Assembly (NCBI GenBank): GCA_902595115.1
Contig: CACJOS010000002.1
Coordinates: forward strand, 34,378-98,377
Length of the DNA stretch: 64,000 nt
Direction: 5' to 3'
From: an uncultured Pelagibacteraceae bacterium
GTDB lineage: Bacteria > Pseudomonadota > Alphaproteobacteria > Pelagibacterales > Pelagibacteraceae
The notes below the pieces were generated by a model. That model had not been told where the DNA came from, did not search any database, and saw only the letters and a program-made list of their open reading frames with translations. Position 1 is the stretch's first letter. Every line of letters starts with the position of its first letter. Shown piece after piece: positions 28,654-40,169 of the stretch. The translations under genes and the position numbers were made by a program.

Positions 28654-29665
28654 TAACTTGTTTGTTTAAATATAAAAAATAAATACAAGAACTGACTAAA
28701 AAAATAGAACTTATCTGGTGCATAGATGCTAAGTAAATCTGTGCACCATTTATTAAAGTAAAAATTCCCAAGATCACTTGAATAATTAAAAATAATCCAA
28801 TTAAATTTATTGGACCATACAATCTTTTAAGCTTGTTTAGATAAATTTTAAAAAGGATATAGATATAAAAGAAAATTATTAAATAAGCTAAATTTCTATG
28901 AATAAATTGAACTAAGGATGGATCATTAAATGCAGATAAAGCAAAAAGGTTAGAAATTTTATTATCGTCAGGAAAATAACTAGGACCCATCAAAGGCCAT
29001 GTATTATATATAGTACCAGCATCCATACCAGAAACAAAAGCACCGATTGAGATTTGAGCATAAATTATGAAAAGTAGAAATAAAGATAGATAAAAACTAA
29101 TACTTCTTTCAGGAAAATTTAAAGCTTTTAAATCAAGGTAATTCCACAAAATTAAAGAAAGTATAATAAAGGCAATCATCAAATGAACGGCTAATCTATA
29201 GTGACTAACATCGATTCTATCTACTAAACCGCTTGAAACCATGTACCAGCCAATAAAACCTTGAAAACAAATTAGGAAAAAAATTATATAATAATTTAAC
29301 ATTTGTTTGAAACTTGTACGATAAGTAAAATAAATTAAAGGAATTAAAAAAGAAATTCCAATTAATCTTCCTAAGAAACGATGAATCCACTCCCACCAAA
29401 AAATGACTTTGAATTCAGCCATAGTCATATCGTAATTTTGTAATTTGAACTCAGGAATTTCTTTATAGAGATCAAAATATTTATTCCACGAAATATCTGT
29501 TAATGGTGGAATAAAACCCGAAAATAATTCCCATTGAGTAATAGATAGACCAGAGTCAGTGAGTCTTGTAAGACCTCCGACTATTATCATGATTGATATA
29601 ATCCAAAACATAAATAAAAGCCATGAAGTAATACTTTTCTTAATTGAAATATTATCTATATACAT
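28646..29665 (-). CDS. ctaA: Heme A synthase (COX15/CtaA type 2)
   Basis: GGLTRLTDSGLSI, WEWIHR, GWYMVSSGL, QFIHR, HQ. Confidence 0.93.
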   Translation of the reverse strand: MYIDNISIKKSITSWLLFMFWIISIMIIVGGLTRLTDSGLSITQWELFSGFIPPLTDISWNKYFDLYKEIPEFKLQNYDMTMAEFKVIFWWEWIHRFLGRLIGISFLIPLIYFTYRTSFKQMLNYYIIFFLICFQGFIGWYMVSSGLVDRIDVSHYRLAVHLMIAFIILSLILWNYLDLKALNFPERSISFYLSLFLLFIIYAQISIGAFVSGMDAGTIYNTWPLMGPSYFPDDNKISNLFALSAFNDPSLVQFIHRNLAYLIIFFYIYILFKIYLNKLKRLYGPINLIGLFLIIQVILGIFTLINGAQIYLASMHQISSIFLVSSCIYFLYLNKQVTN

Positions 29666-29708
29666 AATTGAATAAATATATTAATTTTTGTTAAAACCAA
29701 TTGAATAA

Positions 29709-29999
29709 ATGTCGCCAAAAAATAAAAAAAAACTAAATATTTTAAGAATAAAACTTGATAAATTAGACAATAAATTAATTGATATCATAAAAATAAGGAC
29801 AAATTTAGTAAATGAGGTTGTCAAACTTAAAGAATATAAAAATGAAATTGTAGATAAAAAAAGAATATCTTTGATATTAAAAAAGATAAAAAAGAAATCG
29901 ATTTCTAAAAAAATAGACCCAAAGATAACTAATAGAATATGGAAAAATATGATATGGTCTTATATTGATTACGAAAGAAGAGTTTTTAAAAAAAAATAG
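29709..29999 (+). CDS. Chorismate mutase (AroQ type II)
   Basis: LRIKLDKLD...R...K...VDKKR. Confidence 0.8.
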   Translation: MSPKNKKKLNILRIKLDKLDNKLIDIIKIRTNLVNEVVKLKEYKNEIVDKKRISLILKKIKKKSISKKIDPKITNRIWKNMIWSYIDYERRVFKKK

Positions 30000-30000
30000 T

Positions 30001-30192
30001 TTATTTACTATGCGGTGGCAATTTCTTTTCTACAAAAATTTCATGTTTTCTTGTTGAAGGATTATATTTTCTAGCTTTGAGTTTTACTTTAGCTTTTTCT
30101 CCACCAGCAGGCTTTTTTACATAGTAAAAGAAAGGACTATCAGGTTTAGACTCTGGAACTAATCTAACTTTTACATGTGTTTTTTTTGCCAT
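30001..30192 (-). CDS. rpmG: 50S ribosomal protein L33
   Basis: KLKARKYNP...RKHEIFVEKK. Confidence 0.88.
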   Translation of the reverse strand: MAKKTHVKVRLVPESKPDSPFFYYVKKPAGGEKAKVKLKARKYNPSTRKHEIFVEKKLPPHSK

Positions 30193-30570
30193 TTATTTTT
30201 TCTCTTTTAAATTTTTTAAAATACTTGAAATTTTTTTTAGTCTTAATTTTAAATCGTTTTTTGGTGTATTTATAGGGAGATTTATTTCATCGTCAAGAAT
30301 AAATCGTTCATCTTTAATTATATTTTTAACACCTTTGATTGTCATACCTTGGTCTTTTAATAAAAATTTAATTCTTTTCAATAAATTTATTGTATTTTTA
30401 TCATAATATCTTCTTTTATTATTCATTAGCTTAGGTTTAATTTGCTTAAATTCTTTTTCCCAAAATCTTAAGATGTAGGTATTTAATTTACCATTTTTCT
30501 CGTTTTTAAGATTTAATAGCTCGGCAACTTCTCCAATTGTCTTGTACGCGTTATTAAGTTTTTTGTTCAT
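30193..30570 (-). CDS. MerR family transcriptional regulator
   Basis: KTIGEVA, LRFWEKEF, RRYY, GMTIKGV; follows ihfA as in other alphaproteobacteria. Confidence 0.9.
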   Translation of the reverse strand: MNKKLNNAYKTIGEVAELLNLKNEKNGKLNTYILRFWEKEFKQIKPKLMNNKRRYYDKNTINLLKRIKFLLKDQGMTIKGVKNIIKDERFILDDEINLPINTPKNDLKLRLKKISSILKNLKEKK

Positions 30571-30856
30571 TATTATTTATAAAATTTTTAAATTCTTTTG
30601 ATGGTTTGAACAAAACTACGCTTCTCTCAGGAATAGTCTTTTTTTGTTTGGTTTTAAAATTATAACCTGGCCTACTTTTTTTGGTTTTAACTATAAAGGT
30701 ACCAAAATTTGTAATTTTTAGTTTTTTATATTTTATTAAATTCTCTACAATTTGATCTAAAATATCATCAAAAAGGTTTTCTGAAACTTTTTTAGAAAAA
30801 CCAATTTGCATATATATAGAATTGATTATATCTTTTTTAGTAAGATTAATTCTCAC
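30554..30856 (-). CDS. ihfA: Integration host factor alpha / HU family
   Basis: LTKKDI, KITNFGTF, VLFKPS; lies between plsX and merR; GTG start. Confidence 0.85.
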   Translation of the reverse strand: MRINLTKKDIINSIYMQIGFSKKVSENLFDDILDQIVENLIKYKKLKITNFGTFIVKTKKSRPGYNFKTKQKKTIPERSVVLFKPSKEFKNFINNNEQKT

Positions 30857-31859
30857 GATAGATATTTTCTTTTATTTTATTTATTAAATTTCCTTTTACA
30901 ATTTTTTCACATACAGACAAAGAATTTGAAAATCCTATATAATCTGTCGCTCCATGACTTTTAACAACTGGTGAATCTAGTCCAATAAATATAGCACCAT
31001 TGTACAATCTTGGATCTAATCTTTTTTTAAATTTACTTAAATTAAAATAATTTATCAAACCTGAAAATTTACCTAAAAAATTGTTTTTAAATACATTTTT
31101 TAATTCATTGGTTATAAAATTTGCTGTTCCCTCCGCAGTCTTAAGTGCTACATTACCAGTAAATCCATCAGAAACTATAACATTAACATTGCCATTCATT
31201 AATTCATTTCCCTCTATAAAACCTTTAAATTCAAAATCAGAATTTTTTATATTTGACATTTTTTGATATGTATTTTTTAAAACCTCATTTCCTTTCATTT
31301 CCTCAGATCCAATATTCAATAAAGCAACTTTAGCTTTTTCATCAGGATACAATGATTTAAATATTGAAGCGCCCATAATTGAAAAATCTATTAAATTTTT
31401 TTCATTGCATTCAATATTTGCACCAAGATCTAATACTACGCTCATTCCAATTTTATTAGGCCAAAGTGCCGACAAAGCTGGCTTATCGATATTTTCAATC
31501 ATTTTTAAATTAAGCTTTGAAATAACCAACAAAGCTCCAGTATTTCCTGCAGATATAACAATGTCTGCTTTGTTTTTTTTAACACTTTCTATAGAAAGCC
31601 ACATACTAGTGTTCTTTCCTCTTTTAGCTGCTTCTAAAGGTGTATCTTTGCCTTCTACACGATCCTTGGTATCAATAATTTCATAACAATGATTATGTAA
31701 AGTTTTGGGTATATATTTTAAAATAATCTCTTTATCTCCAAATATTAAGTAATGAATATTTTTAGATTTTTTATTGTGATCAGAAATTCCATCGATAATT
31801 TTTTTTGGTGAACCATCACCACCCATCGCATCTACTGCAATTCTAATTTTCTTATCCAT
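30846..31859 (-). CDS. plsX: Phosphate acyltransferase PlsX
   Basis: AVDAMGGD, SAGNTGA, DLGAN, DGFTGNVALK, KSHG. Confidence 0.96.
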   Translation of the reverse strand: MDKKIRIAVDAMGGDGSPKKIIDGISDHNKKSKNIHYLIFGDKEIILKYIPKTLHNHCYEIIDTKDRVEGKDTPLEAAKRGKNTSMWLSIESVKKNKADIVISAGNTGALLVISKLNLKMIENIDKPALSALWPNKIGMSVVLDLGANIECNEKNLIDFSIMGASIFKSLYPDEKAKVALLNIGSEEMKGNEVLKNTYQKMSNIKNSDFEFKGFIEGNELMNGNVNVIVSDGFTGNVALKTAEGTANFITNELKNVFKNNFLGKFSGLINYFNLSKFKKRLDPRLYNGAIFIGLDSPVVKSHGATDYIGFSNSLSVCEKIVKGNLINKIKENIYREN

Positions 31860-31877
31860 TAATTAATTATAGATTAT

Positions 31878-32057
31878 TTATTCTTTTGGGTCTAAAACTT
31901 GTCTACCTTTATACATGCCGGTTTTAAGATCTAGATGGTGAGACAAACGGTATTCCCCGCTTTTTTTGTCTTCTATAATGTTTTTTGAAGAAACCCTTAT
32001 ATGAGATCTTCTTTTACCAGCTCTAGATTTTGATGTTTTTCGCTTAGGTACTGCCAT
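31878..32057 (-). CDS. rpmF: 50S ribosomal protein L32 (59 aa, not in ORF track)
   Basis: [19 protein letters not shown]...[16 protein letters not shown]. Confidence 0.95.
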   Translation of the reverse strand: MAVPKRKTSKSRAGKRRSHIRVSSKNIIEDKKSGEYRLSHHLDLKTGMYKGRQVLDPKE

Positions 32058-32059
32058 AA

Positions 32060-32536
32060 CTAAATTTCTAGATTAATTACACCGTTTAAGAATGAATTAA
32101 AAGAATTTTTTTTTAAAAAAATACTATATTTATCGAAGTATTTAACTAATTTAACTGTATCACCATCATAATTAAAAAAACTTTGAAATATATCACTTTT
32201 TTTACTCACATCTTGATTATCCCAATTATCAATTTTTTCTAAAATTGAGTAAAGGGAGTTTATATAAGTTTTCATTTTTTTATTTATTGATGCATCACCA
32301 TAACCAATTTCACGTATACTTATTTCTAGTTCTCTAATAACATAATCAAATACCTCTTGTAGTAATTCTTTATCTTGGGTTTTTTTGTACTCTTTTAAAA
32401 AGAAACCAAAGTGAAAAAAAAAGATTAAAAGTCGATCTGAAAAGGTATCATTATCCGTAAATAAAGAAAAAATTGATTTATTCCTAGAGTATTTAACTAA
32501 ATTGTTATAAATATTAATATAGTTTTTATTAGCCAT
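32060..32536 (-). CDS. Ubiquinol-cytochrome c chaperone (Cbp3-like)
   Basis: [20 protein letters not shown]. Confidence 0.8.
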   Translation of the reverse strand: MANKNYINIYNNLVKYSRNKSIFSLFTDNDTFSDRLLIFFFHFGFFLKEYKKTQDKELLQEVFDYVIRELEISIREIGYGDASINKKMKTYINSLYSILEKIDNWDNQDVSKKSDIFQSFFNYDGDTVKLVKYFDKYSIFLKKNSFNSFLNGVINLEI

Positions 32537-32996
32537 GAAATTTATCTTTTATAGTTTTATATTTATTTTTATTTTAAGTTGTTCGTTTAATAAAGTAGTA
32601 AATCACCACGGTGTTCATTTTTTAGAAAAAAAGTATGAAAAATTAACAATTAATAAAACAAACAAAAATGATATTATTAAAATATTGGGCGAACCATCCA
32701 CAAAAAGCTCATTTGATAATGATGTATGGATTTATATAGAGAGAAAATTTTCTACTGGAAAAATATATAAATTAGGAAGAAATAAAACTTTAGTAAATAA
32801 TGTACTTGTATTAGAGATAGATGAAGTCGGTCTGTTAGCAAGTAAAAAATTGTATAAAAAAGAAGATATGAAAGATTTAAAATTTGCTGAAAATTCTACT
32901 GACCCTGTTTATAGAAAAAGATCTTTTGTTTATGATTTTCTATCTAGTATGAGACAAAAAATAAACGACCCCCTTGGAAAAAGGAAAAAAAAATAA
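32535..32996 (+). CDS. bamE: Outer membrane assembly lipoprotein BamE
   Basis: Lipobox ILSC, HG, LGEPS, WIYI. Confidence 0.82.
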   Translation: MKFIFYSFIFIFILSCSFNKVVNHHGVHFLEKKYEKLTINKTNKNDIIKILGEPSTKSSFDNDVWIYIERKFSTGKIYKLGRNKTLVNNVLVLEIDEVGLLASKKLYKKEDMKDLKFAENSTDPVYRKRSFVYDFLSSMRQKINDPLGKRKKK

Positions 32997-33000
32997 CCTC

Positions 33001-35106
33001 TTATCCAGCTATAACTGCTAATAAAAGTAAGGCTACAATGTTTGTTATCTTAATCATTGGATTAACAGCTGGGCCTGCTGTATCTTTATAAGGATCACCA
33101 ACCGTATCACCTGTAACTGCAGCTTTATGAGCCTCAGAACCTTTGCCTCCAAAGTTTCCATCTTCAATATATTTTTTTGCATTGTCCCAAGCTCCACCAC
33201 CAGCGGTCATAGAAATAGCTACAAATAATCCTGTAATTATTACTCCTAACAACATTGCACCAACTGAAGATAATGCAGCAACTTGTCCACCTATTGGTAA
33301 AATTATTAAATATAGAACTATTGGTGATAATACCGGCAACAATGATGGGACAATCATCTCTTTAATTGCAGCTTTAGTTAATAAATCAACTAATTTACCA
33401 TAATCAGGTTTTGCTTTTCTTTTCATTATACCTGGAATTTTTTTGAATTGTCTTCTTACCTCGACTACAACAGCACCACCCGCTCTACCAACTGCCTGCA
33501 TACCCATAGAGCCAAACAAATAAGGCAACATTCCACCAACTAATAATCCAACTACCACAAATGGATTTGATAAATCAAAAGTTACGACTATACCCTCTAA
33601 TTGAGATCCAGCTACTTTTGAAAAATGTTTTATATCCTCTGTATAAGCTGCAAATAAAACTAAGGCACCTAAACCGGCTGAACCAATTGCATAACCTTTT
33701 GTAACTGCTTTAGTAGTGTTACCTACTGCATCTAATGCATCTGTGGTTTTTCTTACATTTTTTGGTAGATTAGACATTTCAGCAATACCACCTGCATTAT
33801 CAGTAACAGGGCCATAAGCATCTAATGCTACAACCATACCAGCTAATGCAAGCATGGTAGTAACGGCTATTGCAATACCAAAAAGACCAGCAATATAGTT
33901 TGTTAATAATATCCCGCTTACAATAATTAAAGCTGGAACTGCCGTAGCTTCCATAGATACTGCCAATCCTTGGATTACGTTTGTACCATGACCAGTTGTA
34001 GACGAAGACGCAACACTTTTTACAGGTCTATAATTTGTGCCTGTATAATATTCTGTAACCCATATAATCAAACCAGTAATAGCAAGACCAATTATACCGC
34101 AAATGTATAAACTCATACCAGTGAATGATTTGTCAGATATATTATATGAGTTTTCTAAACCTAAAACATAGTCTGTTATTGGATACAATATAGCAACTGA
34201 AGTTACCGCAGTAACTATAAATCCTTTATATAAAGCTGCCATTATATTCTTTGAGTTTCCTAGTTTAACAAAAAAAGTTCCAATAATTGATGTGATTATA
34301 CAAGCTCCACCAATAGATAATGGATAAACCATCATATTTAAATCACCTTGAAAAAATATTGATGATAAAACCATTGTAGCTACAATAGTAACCGCATAAG
34401 TTTCAAATAAATCAGCAGCCATACCAGCGCAGTCACCTACATTATCTCCAACATTGTCCGCAATTACTGCCGGATTTCTTGGATCGTCTTCTGGAATACC
34501 AGCTTCTACTTTTCCTACTAAATCAGCACCTACGTCCGCACCTTTTGTAAAAATTCCGCCACCAAGTCTTGCAAAAATTGAAATTAAAGATGCACCAAAT
34601 CCCAGTGCGACAAGAGCATTTACTATTTCTCTTTCATCAACACCAAAAGATAACAATAAATAATAATAAACAGCGATAGATAAAAGGGCTAAACCAGCAA
34701 CTAACATTCCAGTAACAGCACCAGATTTAAATGCAATTGAGAGTCCTTGGGGTAAACCTTTCCTTGATGCTTCTGCGGTTCGTACGTTTGCTTGTACAGA
34801 TACAAGCATACCAACATAACCTGCCAAACCAGATAAAGCAGCTCCAATTAGATATCCCAAACCAACTAAAATGCTAAAAGCATAACTTATAATAACTAAA
34901 ACTACTACTCCTACAATCGCTATAGTCTTATACTGTCTATTTAGATATGCTCTCGCTCCAACTTGAATAGCTGATGCAATCTCTTGCATTTTTTGATTTC
35001 CAGAACTCGAATTTAATATATTTTTTCCTGTAAAAAAGCCGTAAACAATTGATAGTAAACCCGATAAAATGATCAATTGGAGTATATTTAGTGCTGAGTC
35101 TTCCAT
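33001..35106 (-). CDS. hppA: Membrane-bound pyrophosphatase, K+-independent H+-pumping type
   Basis: [26 protein letters not shown] (Lys at the K+-dependence site), [10 protein letters not shown]. Confidence 0.95.
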   Translation of the reverse strand: MEDSALNILQLIILSGLLSIVYGFFTGKNILNSSSGNQKMQEIASAIQVGARAYLNRQYKTIAIVGVVVLVIISYAFSILVGLGYLIGAALSGLAGYVGMLVSVQANVRTAEASRKGLPQGLSIAFKSGAVTGMLVAGLALLSIAVYYYLLLSFGVDEREIVNALVALGFGASLISIFARLGGGIFTKGADVGADLVGKVEAGIPEDDPRNPAVIADNVGDNVGDCAGMAADLFETYAVTIVATMVLSSIFFQGDLNMMVYPLSIGGACIITSIIGTFFVKLGNSKNIMAALYKGFIVTAVTSVAILYPITDYVLGLENSYNISDKSFTGMSLYICGIIGLAITGLIIWVTEYYTGTNYRPVKSVASSSTTGHGTNVIQGLAVSMEATAVPALIIVSGILLTNYIAGLFGIAIAVTTMLALAGMVVALDAYGPVTDNAGGIAEMSNLPKNVRKTTDALDAVGNTTKAVTKGYAIGSAGLGALVLFAAYTEDIKHFSKVAGSQLEGIVVTFDLSNPFVVVGLLVGGMLPYLFGSMGMQAVGRAGGAVVVEVRRQFKKIPGIMKRKAKPDYGKLVDLLTKAAIKEMIVPSLLPVLSPIVLYLIILPIGGQVAALSSVGAMLLGVIITGLFVAISMTAGGGAWDNAKKYIEDGNFGGKGSEAHKAAVTGDTVGDPYKDTAGPAVNPMIKITNIVALLLLAVIAG

Positions 35107-35188
35107 AAATTCCTTTAATTATAGTTATTTAGTAATGTTAAAAACCCGGACATTACAAAAATAAATACAAAAGGCAATATTTAACTTT

Positions 35189-36148
35189 CTAAAACTTATG
35201 CAAATATCCTTTGTATTTGCTTAATTTTAATGACTTATTATTCAACAAAAGCGTATTTTTTTTATAATTATTATTTATCTCCCCAATAATCGTAACCTTT
35301 TGACTCATTTTATTAGCAATTGATTTAATTAGCTTGCGGTTTTTTTTTGAAGATGTGAATAATATTTGGTAATCATCACCATAAAATACAAATTTTTCCT
35401 TCATTAAATTATTTTTGTTTAAATAACTTTTTAAATTTGAAGAGATAGGAATATTGTTAACATTAAGCTCAAAAGATAGTCTTTGATTGTTAATTAATCT
35501 CTCCATGTCAGAAATTAAACCATCTGATACATCAATGGATGTATTTGCAAATATAGGTAATTTTTTAGAAAAATTATAAGGAATATCTGGACAGTAATAT
35601 TTATTAATAAAATATTTTTCTAATTTTTTCGAAAAAGATTTTTGTTTTTTAATAAATTTTAACCCTAAATAACTATCACCAATATTACCAGTTACATAAA
35701 TATCATCACTCAATTTTGCAGAATTTCTCTCAACAATTTTTTTTGAAAAACCAATTACAGTAACTGAGAAGGACGGAATTTTTGAGTAAACTGTATCACC
35801 ACCACCAATAACAATTGAATATTTTTTTTGTTCATCCTTTAAAGATTTTGAAATTAAAGAAAGATTTTTTTTTGTAAAAATTTTTTTATTACCACCACCT
35901 GATAAAAAGTAGTATTTTGGAACAACTCCTTTGCAAATTAGATCTGATAGTGACGACCTAATAATTTTTTTGATAATATAGTGAGGGTGATCAAAACTTT
36001 TAAAGTGAATATCTGAGTTATAAGTGTCAACAGATACTACTAGCCCGGTATTCTTGTCATGAAAAACATCATCGTTCAGATTTTTTGCAGCTGGGTTGTT
36101 TTTTGATAATACCTTAAAATAATCATTTATTATTTTAAACTCATTCAT
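35189..36148 (-). CDS. thiL: Thiamine-monophosphate kinase
   Basis: MNEFKII, DD, GGDT, DVSDGL, GDDYQIL; ATG at 36148. Confidence 0.92.
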   Translation of the reverse strand: MNEFKIINDYFKVLSKNNPAAKNLNDDVFHDKNTGLVVSVDTYNSDIHFKSFDHPHYIIKKIIRSSLSDLICKGVVPKYYFLSGGGNKKIFTKKNLSLISKSLKDEQKKYSIVIGGGDTVYSKIPSFSVTVIGFSKKIVERNSAKLSDDIYVTGNIGDSYLGLKFIKKQKSFSKKLEKYFINKYYCPDIPYNFSKKLPIFANTSIDVSDGLISDMERLINNQRLSFELNVNNIPISSNLKSYLNKNNLMKEKFVFYGDDYQILFTSSKKNRKLIKSIANKMSQKVTIIGEINNNYKKNTLLLNNKSLKLSKYKGYLHKF

Positions 36149-36542
36149 AATTATTTCTAATATTTTTTCCAAGTTGATCCATAATAGAATGTAGATATTT
36201 GGTTTGTGATGAATTTAAAAAGAAATTTGATGCATTTAAGTATTCCTTAATAATTATTTTGATTGGGGTTTTAGACCTATATAAAAATTCAAAAATTGCA
36301 GCTTTTAGAATAATAACTATAATTTTGTCTAATTTTTTTAAATTATAATTTTGTGAAATTATTGATAATTCATCATTTATAACTTCATCTCTCTCGATAG
36401 TTCCATATACAACATCTTTTATAAATTTTTTAAATCTATGTTTGGGGAAAGAAATAATTTCATCATCATTAAATAACTTTCCATATAATTTTTGAATAAT
36501 TATTACTCTTGAATTTATAATTGTTTTATTAGTATTTGACAT
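36141..36542 (-). CDS. nusB: Transcription antitermination factor NusB
   Basis: SRVIIIQKLY, ILKAAIFE, IIIKEY; lies between ribH and thiL. Confidence 0.85.
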   Translation of the reverse strand: MSNTNKTIINSRVIIIQKLYGKLFNDDEIISFPKHRFKKFIKDVVYGTIERDEVINDELSIISQNYNLKKLDKIIVIILKAAIFEFLYRSKTPIKIIIKEYLNASNFFLNSSQTKYLHSIMDQLGKNIRNNYE

Positions 36543-36545
36543 AAT

Positions 36546-36932
36546 TTATTGACTTAGAACAGAAATTACTGCATTGGCAGCCTCAGCACCTTTTCTTTTT
36601 CTTGCTTTTGCTTGTTTCATGCTTAAACATGTCAAAATTCCATTTCCGATAGGTTTCTTAAAATTGATTGATAAATCCATGATTGCGTTAGTCGCTGCTG
36701 AAGAGATAAACTCAAAATGTGGTGTTTGTCCTTTAATTACACATCCTAAAGCTATAAAAGCATCATATTTTTTAATATTTTTTGAAATTGTAACTGGTAT
36801 TTCAAAAACTCCTGACACTCTTATAATTTTTATTGTATATGAGTTTTTCAACTTTGTTTTTGCTGAATTTAATAAACCAGTTGAAATATCTTTATAATAA
36901 TCGGCTACAATTATAAATATTTTTTTTTTCAT
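36546..36932 (-). CDS. ribH: 6,7-dimethyl-8-ribityllumazine synthase
   Basis: GVFEIP, ALGCVIKGQTPHF, GILT. Confidence 0.95.
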   Translation of the reverse strand: MKKKIFIIVADYYKDISTGLLNSAKTKLKNSYTIKIIRVSGVFEIPVTISKNIKKYDAFIALGCVIKGQTPHFEFISSAATNAIMDLSINFKKPIGNGILTCLSMKQAKARKRKGAEAANAVISVLSQ

Positions 36933-38029
36933 TTTATGATTTCCTGTTTTATTATTTTAATTCCAAAACCCTCTAAACTCACTACCTTTTTTGGTGATCT
37001 AGTTACTAGGATCATTTTTGTAATATTTAAGGATTTAATAATTTGTGCTCCTATACCATAATTTCTAATCATTTGATCTGATTTTTTATAATTTTTATTA
37101 CTTTTGAAGACTGACAAAGTTTGTGTAACAGATTTTAAATTAGTATCTTTGATAAAAACTAAAACACAATTATTGAAATTTTTAAAATATTTAATTGTTT
37201 TGTTAAATAAATCTGGAAATTTTTTACCCATTAAATAATTTTGTACTAAGTTTGACGAAATTACTCTTACTCTAATTTTTTTTCCAGGTATTATTTTACC
37301 TTTAATTAGGGCAAAATTTTCTGATCCATCTAGCATATTTTCAAACACTTTAATTTTATATTTTTGGTTTTGTATTTTAATAGAGTCGGTTTTTTTTAAT
37401 TTCACCAATTTTTCTACCTTTAATCGGTAAGCTATTAAATCGTCTATTCTACCAATTTTAAGTTTATGATTGTTAGCAAATTCTATGAGTTCTTTACCTT
37501 TAGCCATTTTACCATTGTCATTCATTATTTCACATATAACACCAGATGGATTTTTGTTAGCTAATTTTGAAATATCAACAGAACCCTCAGTGTGTCCTGC
37601 TCTAACTAAAACTCCACCATCTTTAGCGATTATTGGAAAGATATGTCCCGGAGAAACTATTTCTTTTTTTTTAACGTTTTGTTTGATAGCTGTTTTAATT
37701 GTTACATATCTATCTTTTGCTGAAATTCCAGTTGTAACTCCCTTTCTTGCCTCTATTGAAACTGTAAATGCTGTTTGATTTCTAGATTTATTTATTGGTG
37801 ACATTAGTGATAAATTTAATTTTTTTGCTTGTTTGCCTGTGAGAGACAAACATATTAGTCCTCTACCATATTTAGCCATAAAATTTATTTTTTTTGCTGT
37901 TATATTAGATGCTGGTACAACTAAATCACCCTCGTTTTCTCTGTTTTCGTCATCCACTAAAATATACATCTCGCCTTTTTTTGCTGCACTTATAATTTTT
38001 TCAATTTTTGTAAAATTATTTTTTTTCAT
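36929..38029 (-). CDS. ribB: DHBP synthase RibB fused to a degenerate RibA-like domain
   Basis: DDENRENEGD, GLIC, RAGHTE, ICEI; C-terminal RNYGIGAQI without the Zn-binding Cys. Confidence 0.92.
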   Translation of the reverse strand: MKKNNFTKIEKIISAAKKGEMYILVDDENRENEGDLVVPASNITAKKINFMAKYGRGLICLSLTGKQAKKLNLSLMSPINKSRNQTAFTVSIEARKGVTTGISAKDRYVTIKTAIKQNVKKKEIVSPGHIFPIIAKDGGVLVRAGHTEGSVDISKLANKNPSGVICEIMNDNGKMAKGKELIEFANNHKLKIGRIDDLIAYRLKVEKLVKLKKTDSIKIQNQKYKIKVFENMLDGSENFALIKGKIIPGKKIRVRVISSNLVQNYLMGKKFPDLFNKTIKYFKNFNNCVLVFIKDTNLKSVTQTLSVFKSNKNYKKSDQMIRNYGIGAQIIKSLNITKMILVTRSPKKVVSLEGFGIKIIKQEIIK

Positions 38030-38609
38030 TAAAAAATTTTTTTATATATTTTGATAAAATGTCTATTTCTATATTTACAATATCATTTTTTTTTAGATCT
38101 TTAAGATTTGTTAATTTTAACGTATGTGGTATAGCCCATATTTGAAAACCATTTTTAGTAACCTTTGAAATAGTCAGTGATACACCATTTATTAAAATTG
38201 AAGCTTTTTCTATAAGATATTTTTTATAATTTACATCTATTGAAAAATCATAAATTGATGATTTATCAACGTTAGAAATTTTACTTACTCTCGCTACTGT
38301 ATCAACATGTCCTTGACAAATATGTCCTGATATTTTTTGCCCATATTTTAATGGTAATTCAAGATTTAAAATATCATTAATTTTTAATTTGCTAAATTTT
38401 GATCGTTTGATTGTTTCTTTTGACAGATAAAACTCAATTATTTTATTTTTAATTGAAATTAAAGTTAGACATACACCATCACAACATATGGAAACACCTA
38501 AATCCTTTTTATATAATTTTAAATTTGACTTTAAAAATAGGTTAATCCCCTTTTTTCTGTTTACAATCTTCTTTACTTTGCCTTGATTAAATATAATTCC
38601 ATTAAACAT
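38016..38609 (-). CDS. ribE: Riboflavin synthase alpha chain
   Basis: MFNGII, GVCLT, GHICQGHVD, NGVSLT, IPHT. Confidence 0.95.
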   Translation of the reverse strand: MFNGIIFNQGKVKKIVNRKKGINLFLKSNLKLYKKDLGVSICCDGVCLTLISIKNKIIEFYLSKETIKRSKFSKLKINDILNLELPLKYGQKISGHICQGHVDTVARVSKISNVDKSSIYDFSIDVNYKKYLIEKASILINGVSLTISKVTKNGFQIWAIPHTLKLTNLKDLKKNDIVNIEIDILSKYIKKFFNEKK

Positions 38610-38611
38610 AA

Positions 38612-39712
38612 TTAATAGTACCTTAAGACTTGGTCATTTTCTGTAAAAGAATTTAATTTTTCAGAGTTATTAAATTTATTTTTTAAGATTTTATCAAGAT
38701 TACGTAATTTAATAGTACCATTTTTCTTTAGTTTTTTATTAGACTTAAAATGAAAAAACTCATTAAACGCATTATGTTTCATAAAATTAGATGTAAGATT
38801 TAGTCCACCTTCAACTATCAAGTAAAAAATATTACTTCTGTATAATTTTTTATATATATCAGCAGGTTGGAAATAATTATTTTTTAAATTGAGTTTAAAT
38901 ATTTTAATACCTTTTTTCTTTAAAAAATTTATCTTTTCTGCATTTTCTTTACTATAAAATATATATGTAGGTATTTGTTTTGCGGTTTTAATTAAATAAC
39001 TATTTTTTTTAAATTCGAGGTTTTTATCTAATATTATTCTAGCTGGAGAATACTTTTCTAAACCATTCAATCGACAATTTAATTTTGGATTATCAGAGTT
39101 TAAAGTTTTATGTGAAATTAAAATACCATGACACCGGTATCTTAATAAATGAGAAATATTTTGTGATTCAGAATTAGTAATAAATCTATATTTTTTAGAT
39201 TTGATAAAACCATCTTTGGAGGATGCAATTTTACCAATAACATATGGTAATTTTTTTTCTTTTATATAAAAATAACTTTTATAAAACTTATTAATTTTTT
39301 TTGATAGTATACCATTTATCACTTGTATATTATTTTTTTTAAAAAATTTTTTTGCCTTTTTATCCGTTCTTTTATCTACATCATGAACACCATAAACAAC
39401 TTTTTTGATTTTTTTATTCTTAATATAATTTGTACATGGTGGAGTTTTTCCAAAATGATTACAAGGTTCAAGTGTAACATATAAAGTTGAACCATTTACT
39501 TTTTCTTTAGAATTTTTGATTGCATTTACCTCGGCGTGTGGTCTGCCATTTAAACCTGTAACACCAGCAGATATAATTTGATTTCTCTTAATTAATACAC
39601 ATCCAACAGATGGGTTTTCACCAGTTAGGCCTAAATTTTTTGAAGCCAAGCTTAAAGCTTGTTCCATAAAGAAATTATCATCTTTACTTGATTTATTTCT
39701 TTTTGAAGACAT
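38612..39712 (-). CDS. ribD: Riboflavin biosynthesis deaminase/reductase
   Basis: NPSVGC, HAE, TLEPC..GKTPPC, EGG. Confidence 0.95.
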   Translation of the reverse strand: MSSKRNKSSKDDNFFMEQALSLASKNLGLTGENPSVGCVLIKRNQIISAGVTGLNGRPHAEVNAIKNSKEKVNGSTLYVTLEPCNHFGKTPPCTNYIKNKKIKKVVYGVHDVDKRTDKKAKKFFKKNNIQVINGILSKKINKFYKSYFYIKEKKLPYVIGKIASSKDGFIKSKKYRFITNSESQNISHLLRYRCHGILISHKTLNSDNPKLNCRLNGLEKYSPARIILDKNLEFKKNSYLIKTAKQIPTYIFYSKENAEKINFLKKKGIKIFKLNLKNNYFQPADIYKKLYRSNIFYLIVEGGLNLTSNFMKHNAFNEFFHFKSNKKLKKNGTIKLRNLDKILKNKFNNSEKLNSFTENDQVLRYY

Positions 39713-40151
39713 CTATCTTGTCAACAAATTGTATAAAATCTTTTTCTTCTCTAAAGTTTCTATAAACAGATGCAAATCTTACATATGCAACAGGATCAAG
39801 ATCTTTAAGACCTTCCATAACCATAGTACCGATTGTTGATGATGAAATTTCACTCTGTCCAAGTTCCTCTAATGATCTTGAAATTTTTGTTATAAACTTT
39901 TCGACAGTGTCGGTGTCTATTGGTCTTTTTTTTAATGCTATGTAAATAGATTTAGAAAGTTTCTCTCTGTCGAAAGCTGATTTTCTTCCATTTTTTTTTA
40001 CTACCATTAATTCTCTAAACTGTATCCTTTCAAATGTAGTAAATCTCTCCCCGCATGAGCATAATCTCCTTCTTCTAATTGCAGTTCCATCCTCAGTAGG
40101 ACGTGAGTCAACAACAGAAGTTTCACCTTTTTTTTCGCACGGACAGATCAT
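39693..40151 (-). CDS. nrdR: Transcriptional repressor NrdR
   Basis: VVDSR, IRRRR, RFTTFE, ATP cone, [10 protein letters not shown]. Confidence 0.96.
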   Translation of the reverse strand: MICPCEKKGETSVVDSRPTEDGTAIRRRRLCSCGERFTTFERIQFRELMVVKKNGRKSAFDREKLSKSIYIALKKRPIDTDTVEKFITKISRSLEELGQSEISSSTIGTMVMEGLKDLDPVAYVRFASVYRNFREEKDFIQFVDKIDVFKKK

Positions 40152-40169
40152 AAATTTTGTTTTTAAGTA

